Positions 1 through 8,347 of a DNA stretch of 64,000 bases are shown here, one piece after another. The notes beneath the pieces were generated by a model, which saw only the letters and a list, made by a program, of their open reading frames with translations, had not been told where the DNA came from and ran no database searches. The stretch's first letter is position 1; each line of letters opens with the position of its first letter. The stretch lies in assembly GCA_013336275.1 (NCBI GenBank), contig JAAXUA010000001.1:78167-142166 (forward strand), in the 5' to 3' direction. This DNA comes from Candidatus Falkowbacteria bacterium (GTDB lineage Bacteria > Patescibacteriota > Patescibacteriia > Patescibacteriales > GWE2-39-37). The position numbers were made by a program, and so were the translations under genes.

Positions 1-164
1 ATATGAGGAACGCGACAGCCGTCCAGCTGCTGCCTGAGATATTGTCCTGGGCCGACGGCGACGTTGACATCATGCCCGTGTTTTTTGAATTCTTTAGCCA
101 GATTCAAAACCACGTTCTGTGCGCCTCCGACATCGCCTTTGGTTATGACTAGTAATATCTTCAT
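1..164 (-). CDS. Glycosyltransferase, N-terminal fragment (gene continues past the left edge)
   Basis: A reverse-strand ATG at 164-162 gives MKILLVITKGDVGGAQNVVLNLAKEFKKHGHDV..., a typical GT-B (family 4-like) glycosyltransferase N-terminus. It starts 5 nt after the stop of the sugar transferase upstream on the same strand. It is absent from the ORF track because the window edge cuts it. Confidence 0.6.
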   Translation of the reverse strand, partial: MKILLVITKGDVGGAQNVVLNLAKEFKKHGHDVNVAVGPGQYLRQQLDGCRVPH

Positions 165-169
165 ATCGT

Positions 170-1540
170 TCAGATGCCGGCGCGGCTCAGTATGGTGTAA
201 ATGGTCTTCAAGATGATCGAGAGATCGAGATAGATTGAGCGGTTCTTGATGTAAAAGAGGTCGTATTGGAGCTTTTTCATGGTGTCTTCGTAGGAAGGTG
301 AGTGATACTCCCCGGAAATCTGGTCCCAGCCGGTAACGCCTGGCTTGACCAGCATGCGTTCACGGTAGAAAGGGACGATCTTTTCCAGATCGACGACCAA
401 TTCCGGGCGTTCAGGCCTCGGGCCGACGAAACTCATTTCGCCCTTGATTATATTCAAAAGCTGTGGCAGCTCGTCAAGCCTGGTGGTCCGCAGGAAAGCG
501 CCTAGGCTGGTGACACGCTTGTCATTTTTGGCCGTCGGGGAAAAATCATTGCCGGTAACGGTCATGGTGCGGAATTTGTAAATCTGGAATGGCTCGCCGT
601 TCTGGCTGAGACGCGTCTGGATGAAGAAAACCGGCCCCTTGCTGCTAAGCTTGATCAGCAGGCCGATCAGCAGCCACAACGGCAAAGTGATGACGAATAG
701 GATGACGCTTAAGATGAAGTCATAAGTCCTTTTGAAGGAGTCGAAGCCGGATTTTCCGCCTTCGCTAAGATTTTCTAAAAACCAAGTGCGATTGATGGCC
801 GTAATCGGGACTTTGCCGGTCACGGTCTCATAAAAGCTTGAGAGGCTGATGAAATTTATCTTCAAAGGAATCAGGGAAAAAAGCGAGTCGCTCAATTCGG
901 TCGATTCATGAGGGTTGGCAGTGAAGATGAGGGTATTGATGTGATATTGCTCGACCATGCTTTTAAGATCGGACGAACTCGGGATGATGGGCGTATCCGT
1001 AGCGGCGATGGCTGTCTGTTCCTGATCGTTGACAATGAAGGCGGCGCGATAGCCTAGATGCGGGCTGCGCTTGAGCTCGGCGATCAATTCTTTGACCTGG
1101 TCGTTATAACCGATGATGCCGATCTGGTATTTAGGCAGATAGGATTTAAGCGACCAATTATAAAATTGCCGCCAGAGCGAGAACAGGACGACAAATACCA
1201 AGCTGTAGATAGCCAGATTGGTCTTAGGGGCGATACTGTTCGGCGGCAGGGTATAAAAGAAAGCGATGGCGATGGCGATTGAAATGGCCAGACTGCGGGT
1301 GAGGAGCTGCCAAAAACGGGCGTTATTAACGGCTAGGCGCAGGTCATAAAGGTTCGAGATATAGAAAATCAAAATCCAGCCGGCGAAGACCAGAGTGAAG
1401 GGCGGGAAATGATCCTGCCAGAGCTGGGTATTGGGGTTGGCCTGATAGCGGATCAGCAAGGTCAGCCACAGGGTGGCGTAAAGCAAGAAGAGGTCACCCG
1501 CAATCAGGATGAATCGTTTGAGATTATTAGTGGGTTTCAT
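170..1540 (-). CDS. Polyprenyl-phosphate sugar phosphotransferase (bacterial sugar transferase family, WbaP/EpsB-like)
   Basis: 456 aa with N-terminal TM helices. The C-terminal block [26 protein letters not shown]...[27 protein letters not shown] is characteristic of initiating sugar-phosphate transferases. Confidence 0.9.
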   Translation of the reverse strand: MKPTNNLKRFILIAGDLFLLYATLWLTLLIRYQANPNTQLWQDHFPPFTLVFAGWILIFYISNLYDLRLAVNNARFWQLLTRSLAISIAIAIAFFYTLPPNSIAPKTNLAIYSLVFVVLFSLWRQFYNWSLKSYLPKYQIGIIGYNDQVKELIAELKRSPHLGYRAAFIVNDQEQTAIAATDTPIIPSSSDLKSMVEQYHINTLIFTANPHESTELSDSLFSLIPLKINFISLSSFYETVTGKVPITAINRTWFLENLSEGGKSGFDSFKRTYDFILSVILFVITLPLWLLIGLLIKLSSKGPVFFIQTRLSQNGEPFQIYKFRTMTVTGNDFSPTAKNDKRVTSLGAFLRTTRLDELPQLLNIIKGEMSFVGPRPERPELVVDLEKIVPFYRERMLVKPGVTGWDQISGEYHSPSYEDTMKKLQYDLFYIKNRSIYLDLSIILKTIYTILSRAGI

Positions 1541-1632
1541 GGCTAAACTATACTAATTTTAGAGAGAAATGGCAAGAGCGGACTTGCCTTGATCAGGTTT
1601 GATTTTTGGCCCGATTAATGTATAATATATGT

Positions 1633-2691
1633 ATGAATAAATCAGCCAATATTGAATTAAATTGGCCTCTTTTGGGCAATGACCACGTGGTCAGCTTCCT
1701 GAGCCGAACCTTAGCCACTGACCAGGTTTCTGGCAGCTATATTTTTGTCGGGCCTGACGACTTGGGCAAGACCACGGTGGCCAGCTATTTTGCCTATAGC
1801 CTCCTCTGTCAGAATCGCGGTAAGGGCGGACCTTTGCCCTGCGGCACCTGTCCATCTTGCCGCCAGCACAAGCTTGGCCTGAGCCCTGGAGAAGAAGATT
1901 CTTTGGCTAGCATCCACGCCGATCTTCATGTGGTCAAGCGGGAAAAAGACAAGAAGAATCTTTCGATAGATCAGATACGCGAGTTGATAGCTGAGCTGAG
2001 CCTGAGTTCTTTTCTGAACTCATACAAGATCGGCATCATCAAGCACGCCGATAGCCTGAGCGAGGAGGCGGGAAACTCGCTTCTCAAAACCTTGGAGGAG
2101 CCGCGAGACAAGGTGGTTGTGATTCTGATTGCAACGGAGCTGGCTAACCTGCCGCAGACTATCGTTTCCCGAAGCCAAGTCCTGCGTTTCCGCTCGGTAC
2201 CCAATGATACGATTTACCAATATCTGATAAAGGAACATAATGCCAGCCGCAGCCAAGCCAAGAATTTGGCCCGCCTCTCTCTCGGCCGCCCGGCCCTAGC
2301 CGTCAAATTCTTTGAAGACAAGGAGTTTTATGATTCATATGTCGAGCGCACTCAAGCGCTTCTCGGTTTCTGGCGCTCCGATCTGAACGGCCGCTTTGCT
2401 GCCATCGGCGACCTCCTTGGTGCCAAAGCTACGGGGCAGGAGGCAGTCACGCTGTCGCGGCGCATCTTGGAGACCTGGCAGGGTCTGGCTCGCGACCTCA
2501 TCCTATTTCATGCCGGACAAAAGGACCTGGTCCAGCACGAGATCGTCATGCCCGAGCTTGAAGCGGTCAGCCGCAGCCTGTCTCTGCCGGATATTTTCAA
2601 GCTTTTCCAATCGATCAGGAAGGCCGAGGAGTATCTCAAGGCCAATGTCAGCCCCAAGTCGGTCCTGGAGTCAGTCGCCATGGCTGTTTGA
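1633..2691 (+). CDS. holB: DNA polymerase III delta-prime subunit
   Basis: Contains the P-loop-like GPDDLGKTTVA, the Zn module CGTCPSCRQ and the IVSRSQVLRF sensor motif, at about 350 aa. I chose the ATG at 1633 (MNKSANIE...) over the track's TTG at 1606, because a TATAAT box at 1621-1626 sits 6 nt upstream of that ATG. Confidence 0.75.
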   Translation: MNKSANIELNWPLLGNDHVVSFLSRTLATDQVSGSYIFVGPDDLGKTTVASYFAYSLLCQNRGKGGPLPCGTCPSCRQHKLGLSPGEEDSLASIHADLHVVKREKDKKNLSIDQIRELIAELSLSSFLNSYKIGIIKHADSLSEEAGNSLLKTLEEPRDKVVVILIATELANLPQTIVSRSQVLRFRSVPNDTIYQYLIKEHNASRSQAKNLARLSLGRPALAVKFFEDKEFYDSYVERTQALLGFWRSDLNGRFAAIGDLLGAKATGQEAVTLSRRILETWQGLARDLILFHAGQKDLVQHEIVMPELEAVSRSLSLPDIFKLFQSIRKAEEYLKANVSPKSVLESVAMAV

Positions 2692-2765
2692 GCTGCAACC
2701 TCGAAGAATCCATCATTAGATTTTATAAATAAGAAATCAAAATCAACTCAAAATTATCCAACCTT

Positions 2766-3839
2766 ATGAAAAGGCAAACTCGATCAATGATTCTGGGTCT
2801 CGCGTTAGTCTTCGTCCTGTCAGGTTGCGGCATCTCTGTCCAGAGCAACAACTCGAACACCGCCTCCGGCATCGATGGAGGCATCTTTCGTACCGACAAC
2901 AAGGGTGCCAACTGGGTCTCGAAAAGCCTGATGCCGACGATCAGCGGGCGGGCGGGCAGCTTTGCCAGCGTCGATGGCAACATGATCTATTTTGACCCGA
3001 CCGATCCTAAGACGGTCTATTTCGGCACGGTCGGCGAGGGGCTGCTTTACTCGTATGACCGGGGAGACACTTGGCAGCGCTCGGCCGCCTTAGGCCGCGT
3101 TACGGTCAGGGGACTAGTGGTTGATCCGCAGTTCCGTTGCACGATTTATGCCGCAGTGGATAACAAGATACTGAAGACGGTCGATTGCGGCCGCGCCTGG
3201 GCGCAGGTTTATTATGACAATGACGTCAGTTTGAAGATATCGGCTCTGGTGATGAATCCGAGTGACAATTCGCTGGTTGCCGGAACTTCTCGCGGCGAGA
3301 TCATGAAGAGTCTGGATCGCGGCGACAGCTGGCAGGTCATCACCCGCCTCAAGGACAAGGTGGCGGAAATCAAGATCAGTCCTTTCGACAGCAAAGTAAT
3401 GCTGGTTGCCGGGGAAAAGACCGGCCTGCACCGTTCGATCGTCGGCAGCAGCTCATTGGAGAGCTTGGCCAACAATATGAAGACTTTCGTCAAGGCTAAT
3501 ACTTTCAAGGACCTGACCTTTTCCGGCTCCACTTCTGGTCTGGTCTTTCTGGCCAACGGTTACGGCATCCTGCAATCACCGGACAACGGCACGACTTGGT
3601 CGAAGATCAACTTGCTAACTCCTGACGCCAATGCTACTATCAATGCGCTAGCGGTCAGCCCGAAGAATGACAGTGAGATCTATTACGTGACCAATACCAC
3701 CTTTTATCGCTCGCTTGACGGCGGCAAGAATTGGACCTCGAAAAAGCTGCCGTCTAACCGTGCCGGTGCCGTACTGATGATCGCTCCGGACTTGCCCGCT
3801 ACTGTCTATATGGCAGTCAAACAGCTGCAGAAAAAGTAA
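2766..3839 (+). CDS. Lipoprotein with BNR/Asp-box repeats (beta-propeller, Ycf48/sialidase-like fold)
   Basis: Signal peptide with lipobox LSGCG. Six SxDxGxxW-type Asp-boxes: TDNKGANW, SYDRGDTW, TVDCGRAW, SLDRGDSW, SPDNGTTW, SLDGGKNW. Confidence 0.7.
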   Translation: MKRQTRSMILGLALVFVLSGCGISVQSNNSNTASGIDGGIFRTDNKGANWVSKSLMPTISGRAGSFASVDGNMIYFDPTDPKTVYFGTVGEGLLYSYDRGDTWQRSAALGRVTVRGLVVDPQFRCTIYAAVDNKILKTVDCGRAWAQVYYDNDVSLKISALVMNPSDNSLVAGTSRGEIMKSLDRGDSWQVITRLKDKVAEIKISPFDSKVMLVAGEKTGLHRSIVGSSSLESLANNMKTFVKANTFKDLTFSGSTSGLVFLANGYGILQSPDNGTTWSKINLLTPDANATINALAVSPKNDSEIYYVTNTTFYRSLDGGKNWTSKKLPSNRAGAVLMIAPDLPATVYMAVKQLQKK

Positions 3840-3845
3840 AATCGC

Positions 3846-3923
3846 GTTGCCGTTCCAGCGCATGCTGGAATCTTATAAGGGTTATGACAGGATTCTGGAT
3901 CCTGGCATGCGCCGGAACGGCAC
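3846..3923. other. Extended imperfect hairpin (about 22 bp in three helical segments, 18-nt loop) between the lipoprotein gene and frr
   Basis: Bases 3849-3856 pair with 3914-3921 and 3858-3865 pair with 3905-3912 (gcgcatgc/gcatgcgc). Bases 3867-3872 pair with 3891-3896. No U-tract follows. Confidence 0.5.
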
Positions 3924-3948
3924 CTTCGATAATAATTAAATCACTACC

Positions 3949-4503
3949 ATGAACACCTACATCCAAGAAAAACAAGGAGAATTCATCAAGGCCGTTGATT
4001 ATTTCAAAAAGGAAATCGCTGTGTTGCGCACCGGCCGTGCCAACCCAGGCTTGCTTGATGGCATCATTGCCGAAGCTTACGGCGCCAAAACCCCATTGAA
4101 CGGCTTGGCCTCGATCAGCGTTTCCGACTCAAGGAGCATGATAGTCTCGCCATGGGACAAGGCCGTGCTGAAAGAAATCGAGAAGGCGATCGTTGAAGCC
4201 GACCTAGGGTTGGGCGTAGTCAACGAAGGCGACAAGATCCGCCTGACCGTACCGTCCATGACCGAAGAGAACCGCAAGCACTTGGTCAAGAAGCTGAATG
4301 ACCAGATGGAAGAAGCTCGCATCGCTCTGCGCAAGATCCGCGAAGAGGCCAAGCAGACCATCGAAGCGGCCGAAGACGCCAAAGACATTTCCGAAGACGA
4401 TAAATACCGCTTCGTCAGGGAGTTGGACGAGGAAGTGCATCGCCGCAACGAGGAGGTCAAGCAGATCCGCGACAAGAAAGAAGAGGAAATAATGACTATC
4501 TAA
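3949..4503 (+). CDS. frr: Ribosome recycling factor
   Basis: 184 aa containing LRTGRANPGLLDGI...IRLTVPSMTEENRKHLVK...IRKIREE, a canonical RRF sequence. Confidence 0.95.
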   Translation: MNTYIQEKQGEFIKAVDYFKKEIAVLRTGRANPGLLDGIIAEAYGAKTPLNGLASISVSDSRSMIVSPWDKAVLKEIEKAIVEADLGLGVVNEGDKIRLTVPSMTEENRKHLVKKLNDQMEEARIALRKIREEAKQTIEAAEDAKDISEDDKYRFVRELDEEVHRRNEEVKQIRDKKEEEIMTI

Positions 4504-4520
4504 AGTATAGTTCGAAGCGT

Positions 4521-4553
4521 AAAGCGCAAATGTTCTTTGCGCTTTTAGCTTTT
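4521..4553 (+). terminator. Rho-independent terminator after frr
   Basis: Hairpin aaagcgcaaa-tgttc-tttgcgcttt followed by a T-rich tail. Confidence 0.7.
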
Positions 4554-4570
4554 AATTTTACATTCAACTT

Positions 4571-5734
4571 ATGTTTTTAACCGTAGTGACTTTCATATTG
4601 GTTTTGTCTGTTCTCGTTTTCGTCCATGAATTGGGCCATTTCTGGACAGCCAGGAAATTCGGCGTCAAGGCCGAGGAGTTCGGGTTCGGCTTTCCGCCGC
4701 GTGCCTTCGGCATCTATAAATCGGTTTCGGGAAAGTGGAAGAAAGTCCGGGGCAGCAAGGAAGTCGATGACGCAGCTGATACCATCTATTCCGTGAACTG
4801 GATCCCGCTCGGCGGCTTCGTGAAGCTTAACGAAGACGACTCCGAGAGCGACGATCCGAATCATTTCATAAATATGCCGATCTGGAAGCGGGCAGTCGTC
4901 TTGTCTGCCGGCGTTTCGATGAATATGCTTCTGGCTATCGTGCTGATTTCCATCGGGTTGATGGTCGGCATGCCGCAGTCGCTCGATGCGCTCGACAAGA
5001 ACGCCATCATCTCTGATCGCAAGATCCAGATCATGCAGATAATGGATCCGTCACCGGCCAAGAATGCCGGGTTGGCGGTCGGCGACATCATCTTGGGTAT
5101 CGATGGGAAGAAATTTGCCGATTATCCGGCCATTCAGAAATATGTCGACGAGAACAAGGACAAAGAGCTGACTTATCAGATCAAACACGCGGACGAAATC
5201 AAAGATTTCAAGATCAAGCCGGAAATCAGGCAAGAGACCGGCAAGGGCGGCATCGGAGTCGCCTTGACCGAGACCGGCCTGGTCAAATATCCATGGTACC
5301 AGGCGATCTGGCAGGGCATCAGGCAGACTTTCGTCCTGGCCTGGGTGATTCTTGTCGCTTTTTATGACCTGATCAGCGGGCTTGTTACTGGAGGCGGAGT
5401 TTCGGGCGAGGTGGCCGGACCGGTCGGCATCGCTTCTTTGACCGGCCAAGTCGCGCGCATGGGCTTCGTTTACCTGATGCAGTTCACGGCACTGCTTTCG
5501 ATCAACCTGGCAATCATCAATTTTTTACCTTTCCCAGCGCTTGATGGCGGCAGGGTCCTCTTCCTCATAATCGAGAAAATCAAACGCAAACCGGTCCGCC
5601 GCGAGCTGGAAGCCATTATCCATAATTTCGGCTTCATGCTCCTGATGCTCTTGGTCTTGCTGGTGACGTTCAACGATATCGTCAATATCGGACCGGTGCG
5701 GCAGTTCTTGTCGATGGTCAAAGGGTGGTTTTAA
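4571..5734 (+). CDS. rseP: RIP metalloprotease RseP (site-2 protease, M50)
   Basis: HELGH zinc motif at the N-terminus, an internal PDZ segment (GLAVGDIILGIDG) and the C-terminal NLLPFPALDGG motif. Confidence 0.9.
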   Translation: MFLTVVTFILVLSVLVFVHELGHFWTARKFGVKAEEFGFGFPPRAFGIYKSVSGKWKKVRGSKEVDDAADTIYSVNWIPLGGFVKLNEDDSESDDPNHFINMPIWKRAVVLSAGVSMNMLLAIVLISIGLMVGMPQSLDALDKNAIISDRKIQIMQIMDPSPAKNAGLAVGDIILGIDGKKFADYPAIQKYVDENKDKELTYQIKHADEIKDFKIKPEIRQETGKGGIGVALTETGLVKYPWYQAIWQGIRQTFVLAWVILVAFYDLISGLVTGGGVSGEVAGPVGIASLTGQVARMGFVYLMQFTALLSINLAIINFLPFPALDGGRVLFLIIEKIKRKPVRRELEAIIHNFGFMLLMLLVLLVTFNDIVNIGPVRQFLSMVKGWF

Positions 5735-5740
5735 CAAGGT

Positions 5741-6721
5741 ATGCCAAAAGAAAACACACATCTATATTTCGCCCACGAACTCCTGGGACAGATCAACCAG
5801 GAGCAGATCAGCAAGATCATCGAAGAGCATTCGAAGCCTTATTATTTTGGCAGCGTCGCGCCAGATTCGTTCTACTACTCCGCCAAATCCGATGTCCGCA
5901 AGATTTCGGAAATCCTTCATGGCCGCGATGGCGGGCTGACTAACGAGATCATCTTCAAGCTCTTGGACAAGGCGCGCGAACAGAAGAGCGAAGCAGACCT
6001 GGCTTTCGTTTTCGGATATATCACGCACTGCGCCTTGGACATCATCTTCCATCCGATGATCTATTATCTTTCGGGAAATTACTATGATCCTGACCCGAAA
6101 AAGGCGAATGAAGCCGTCTACTTGCACCGGCACCTCGAGACCTATCTGGATGCCCAGGTCAACCAAACCTATTATTTCAATGATTACGTCAACTTCAAGG
6201 TCTTGAGGTCGCTTTATTTCCCGCATTACATCAGCAAGCTATATCATACGACCCCGCGCGAGATCGAGCGCACCCTCAAGCGCAAGTCCATGGTTTACGG
6301 GCTTTTGCGCAACAATTTCGTCTTGGATATCCTCTATCTCTTCTATCGTTTCATCAAGCACTCGAGCTGGTCGAAGTTCAAGATGTTTTTGGGCATCTTT
6401 TATGGCAACCTGCAGCGCGATAACCGCATCATCCCGAAGACCATCAATTATCGCGACATAGTCACCGGCGAGCCGAAAATCACCACTATCTATGATCTGT
6501 TCAATGAAGCTGGCGCTTACGCTGTCGAGATGGTGGCAGTGGCGCACAATTATTACTCCGGCAAAATCACGAGAGCTGAGGCGGCCGAAATCATTCGCGG
6601 CGAAAGCCTCAATACCGGCAAGGTAGGGATGCCGGTCGCCGATATCCGCTATTTCTTCGATTCCAAGTATGAGCACCATCATTTATCCTCGCTGCCGAAA
6701 AGTCAGAAGGTGGCGCAATAG
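5741..6721 (+). CDS. Zinc-dependent phospholipase C-like / P1-nuclease-fold family protein (putative)
   Basis: NTHLYFAHELL, GSVAPDSFYY and GYITHCALDIIFHP resemble the His/Asp metal ligands of the Zn-dependent PLC family. This is recognised from memory and needs an HMM check. Confidence 0.45.
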   Translation: MPKENTHLYFAHELLGQINQEQISKIIEEHSKPYYFGSVAPDSFYYSAKSDVRKISEILHGRDGGLTNEIIFKLLDKAREQKSEADLAFVFGYITHCALDIIFHPMIYYLSGNYYDPDPKKANEAVYLHRHLETYLDAQVNQTYYFNDYVNFKVLRSLYFPHYISKLYHTTPREIERTLKRKSMVYGLLRNNFVLDILYLFYRFIKHSSWSKFKMFLGIFYGNLQRDNRIIPKTINYRDIVTGEPKITTIYDLFNEAGAYAVEMVAVAHNYYSGKITRAEAAEIIRGESLNTGKVGMPVADIRYFFDSKYEHHHLSSLPKSQKVAQ

Positions 6722-6724
6722 ACT

Positions 6725-7477
6725 ATGAAAAAAATCATCGCAATCGGCGGAGGCGAGATCGGGCGCCAAGGCTTCAAGCCGGAAACTACGGCTATCGACC
6801 GAGAGATCATCCGTTTGAGCGGTAAAGCCAAGCCCAGGGCGCTCTTCGTGCCGACGGCATCGGGCGACGCCCCTGGATATGTCGAGAATTTCAATAAGCA
6901 TTATGGCGGCCGCCTCGGCTGCCTGACCGACTCGCTCCAGCTGGTGGCTGGCACGCTGACCCGAAAACAGATCAGGGAGAAGATAGAATCAGCTGACATT
7001 ATCTATGTCGGCGGAGGCAATACGCTGAAAATGGTGACGTTATGGCGCAGGCTGGGCGTAGACAAGCTGCTTTTCAGGGCTTATCGTGACGGCAAGGTTA
7101 TGTCGGGCCTCTCGGCCGGCTGCAATTGCTGGTTCAGGCAAGGGAATAGCGACGCTCGCCGCTTTGCTGATAAGCACGATAGCACATTAATCAAGGTGAC
7201 GGGGCTGAATCTGATCGATGCATTGGCCTGTCCTCATTACGATATCGAGAAGCCGCGGCAGCAATCGCTCAAACGGATGATGCGCAATACGCCAGGCGTC
7301 GCGATCGCGCTGGATAACTGCGCCGCCCTTGAAGTGATCGACGACGGATACAGGGTGATTACCTCTAAAAAAACCGCCTGTGCTAGAAAAATATATTGGC
7401 AAAAGGGAAAATATCACAATCAGATAATACCGCAGCTCAAGGAATTCCAGCCGATTTCCAGTTTGCTATCGAAATAG
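6725..7477 (+). CDS. Peptidase S51 family (dipeptidase E / cyanophycinase-like)
   Basis: Contains FVPTASGD, IYVGGGNT and the nucleophile elbow SGLSAG, typical of S51 peptidases. Confidence 0.75.
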   Translation: MKKIIAIGGGEIGRQGFKPETTAIDREIIRLSGKAKPRALFVPTASGDAPGYVENFNKHYGGRLGCLTDSLQLVAGTLTRKQIREKIESADIIYVGGGNTLKMVTLWRRLGVDKLLFRAYRDGKVMSGLSAGCNCWFRQGNSDARRFADKHDSTLIKVTGLNLIDALACPHYDIEKPRQQSLKRMMRNTPGVAIALDNCAALEVIDDGYRVITSKKTACARKIYWQKGKYHNQIIPQLKEFQPISSLLSK

Positions 7478-7495
7478 GGGTTCAAAAATAAAAAC

Positions 7496-7520
7496 GCGCC
7501 GGAGACGGCGCATTTTTTAT
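7496..7520 (+). terminator. Rho-independent terminator
   Basis: Hairpin gcgccg-gaga-cggcgc followed by attttttat. Confidence 0.75.
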
Positions 7521-7585
7521 ATCTCAAGTTTGCCACTCGAGGCAGTTTTGGGGTATAATATAATCATCAATATTAACAACTCGTT

Positions 7586-8341
7586 ATGAAGAAGTATTCT
7601 ACCGAAGAAGTTAAATTCTGGGGCGAAGAATATGGCAAGGTCTATCCTCAGTTAGAAGTCGCTCGTCCTTACAAAAAGCTGATCAAAGATATGAATGAGG
7701 CCATCGGCCAAAGCGTATCCGGCAAGTGGCTCGATGTCGGTTGCGGCTCCGGTGCTATGGTAGAGATTATTTGGCAGGCTTCAGCAGGCAAGGCAGAAGA
7801 GATTACGGCTTTCGACCTGACTGAGACCATGCTTAAGTATACTCAGGACAAAGTGGATAAGCTGTTAGCGCCGGGCGACCGGGGCAAGATCAAGCTCTTG
7901 CAGCACGACTTGTCATATAAGCTGCCATTTGCTGACGGTTACTTCGACGGCATTGTTGCCAATCTGGTTTTGCCATATGTCATCAACCACGAGGGAGCGG
8001 AGGGCAAGGCGGCCCTGCGAGCCGTCTTGAGGGAAATGTATCGAGTCCTTAAGCCTGGCGGCAAGTTTGTGTGGTCGTCTCCGGTCAAGAATGTCAACTT
8101 TTGGATGGTATTCTTTTCCTCCTGGAGGGAAATACTCGACCCTAGGGAAATCAAGAATCTTTACTACGGTCCAGCCATTCTCTCTCATGCCTTGAAAATC
8201 CAGAAAAAAGGCAAGGATTCGGTTTACAGTTTCCTGGATAAAGCGGAGCTGGCCGAGCTGCTAGAGTCGCTTGATTTCAAAGATATCGAGATAAAACGTT
8301 CGTTCGCCGGTCAAGCGCTGGTCTTGAAGTCATCAAAATAA
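7586..8341 (+). CDS. Class I SAM-dependent methyltransferase
   Basis: Motif I LDVGCGSGAM, followed by the downstream blocks FDGIVANLVLPYV and LKPGGKFVW. Confidence 0.8.
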   Translation: MKKYSTEEVKFWGEEYGKVYPQLEVARPYKKLIKDMNEAIGQSVSGKWLDVGCGSGAMVEIIWQASAGKAEEITAFDLTETMLKYTQDKVDKLLAPGDRGKIKLLQHDLSYKLPFADGYFDGIVANLVLPYVINHEGAEGKAALRAVLREMYRVLKPGGKFVWSSPVKNVNFWMVFFSSWREILDPREIKNLYYGPAILSHALKIQKKGKDSVYSFLDKAELAELLESLDFKDIEIKRSFAGQALVLKSSK

Positions 8342-8347
8342 ACATAA

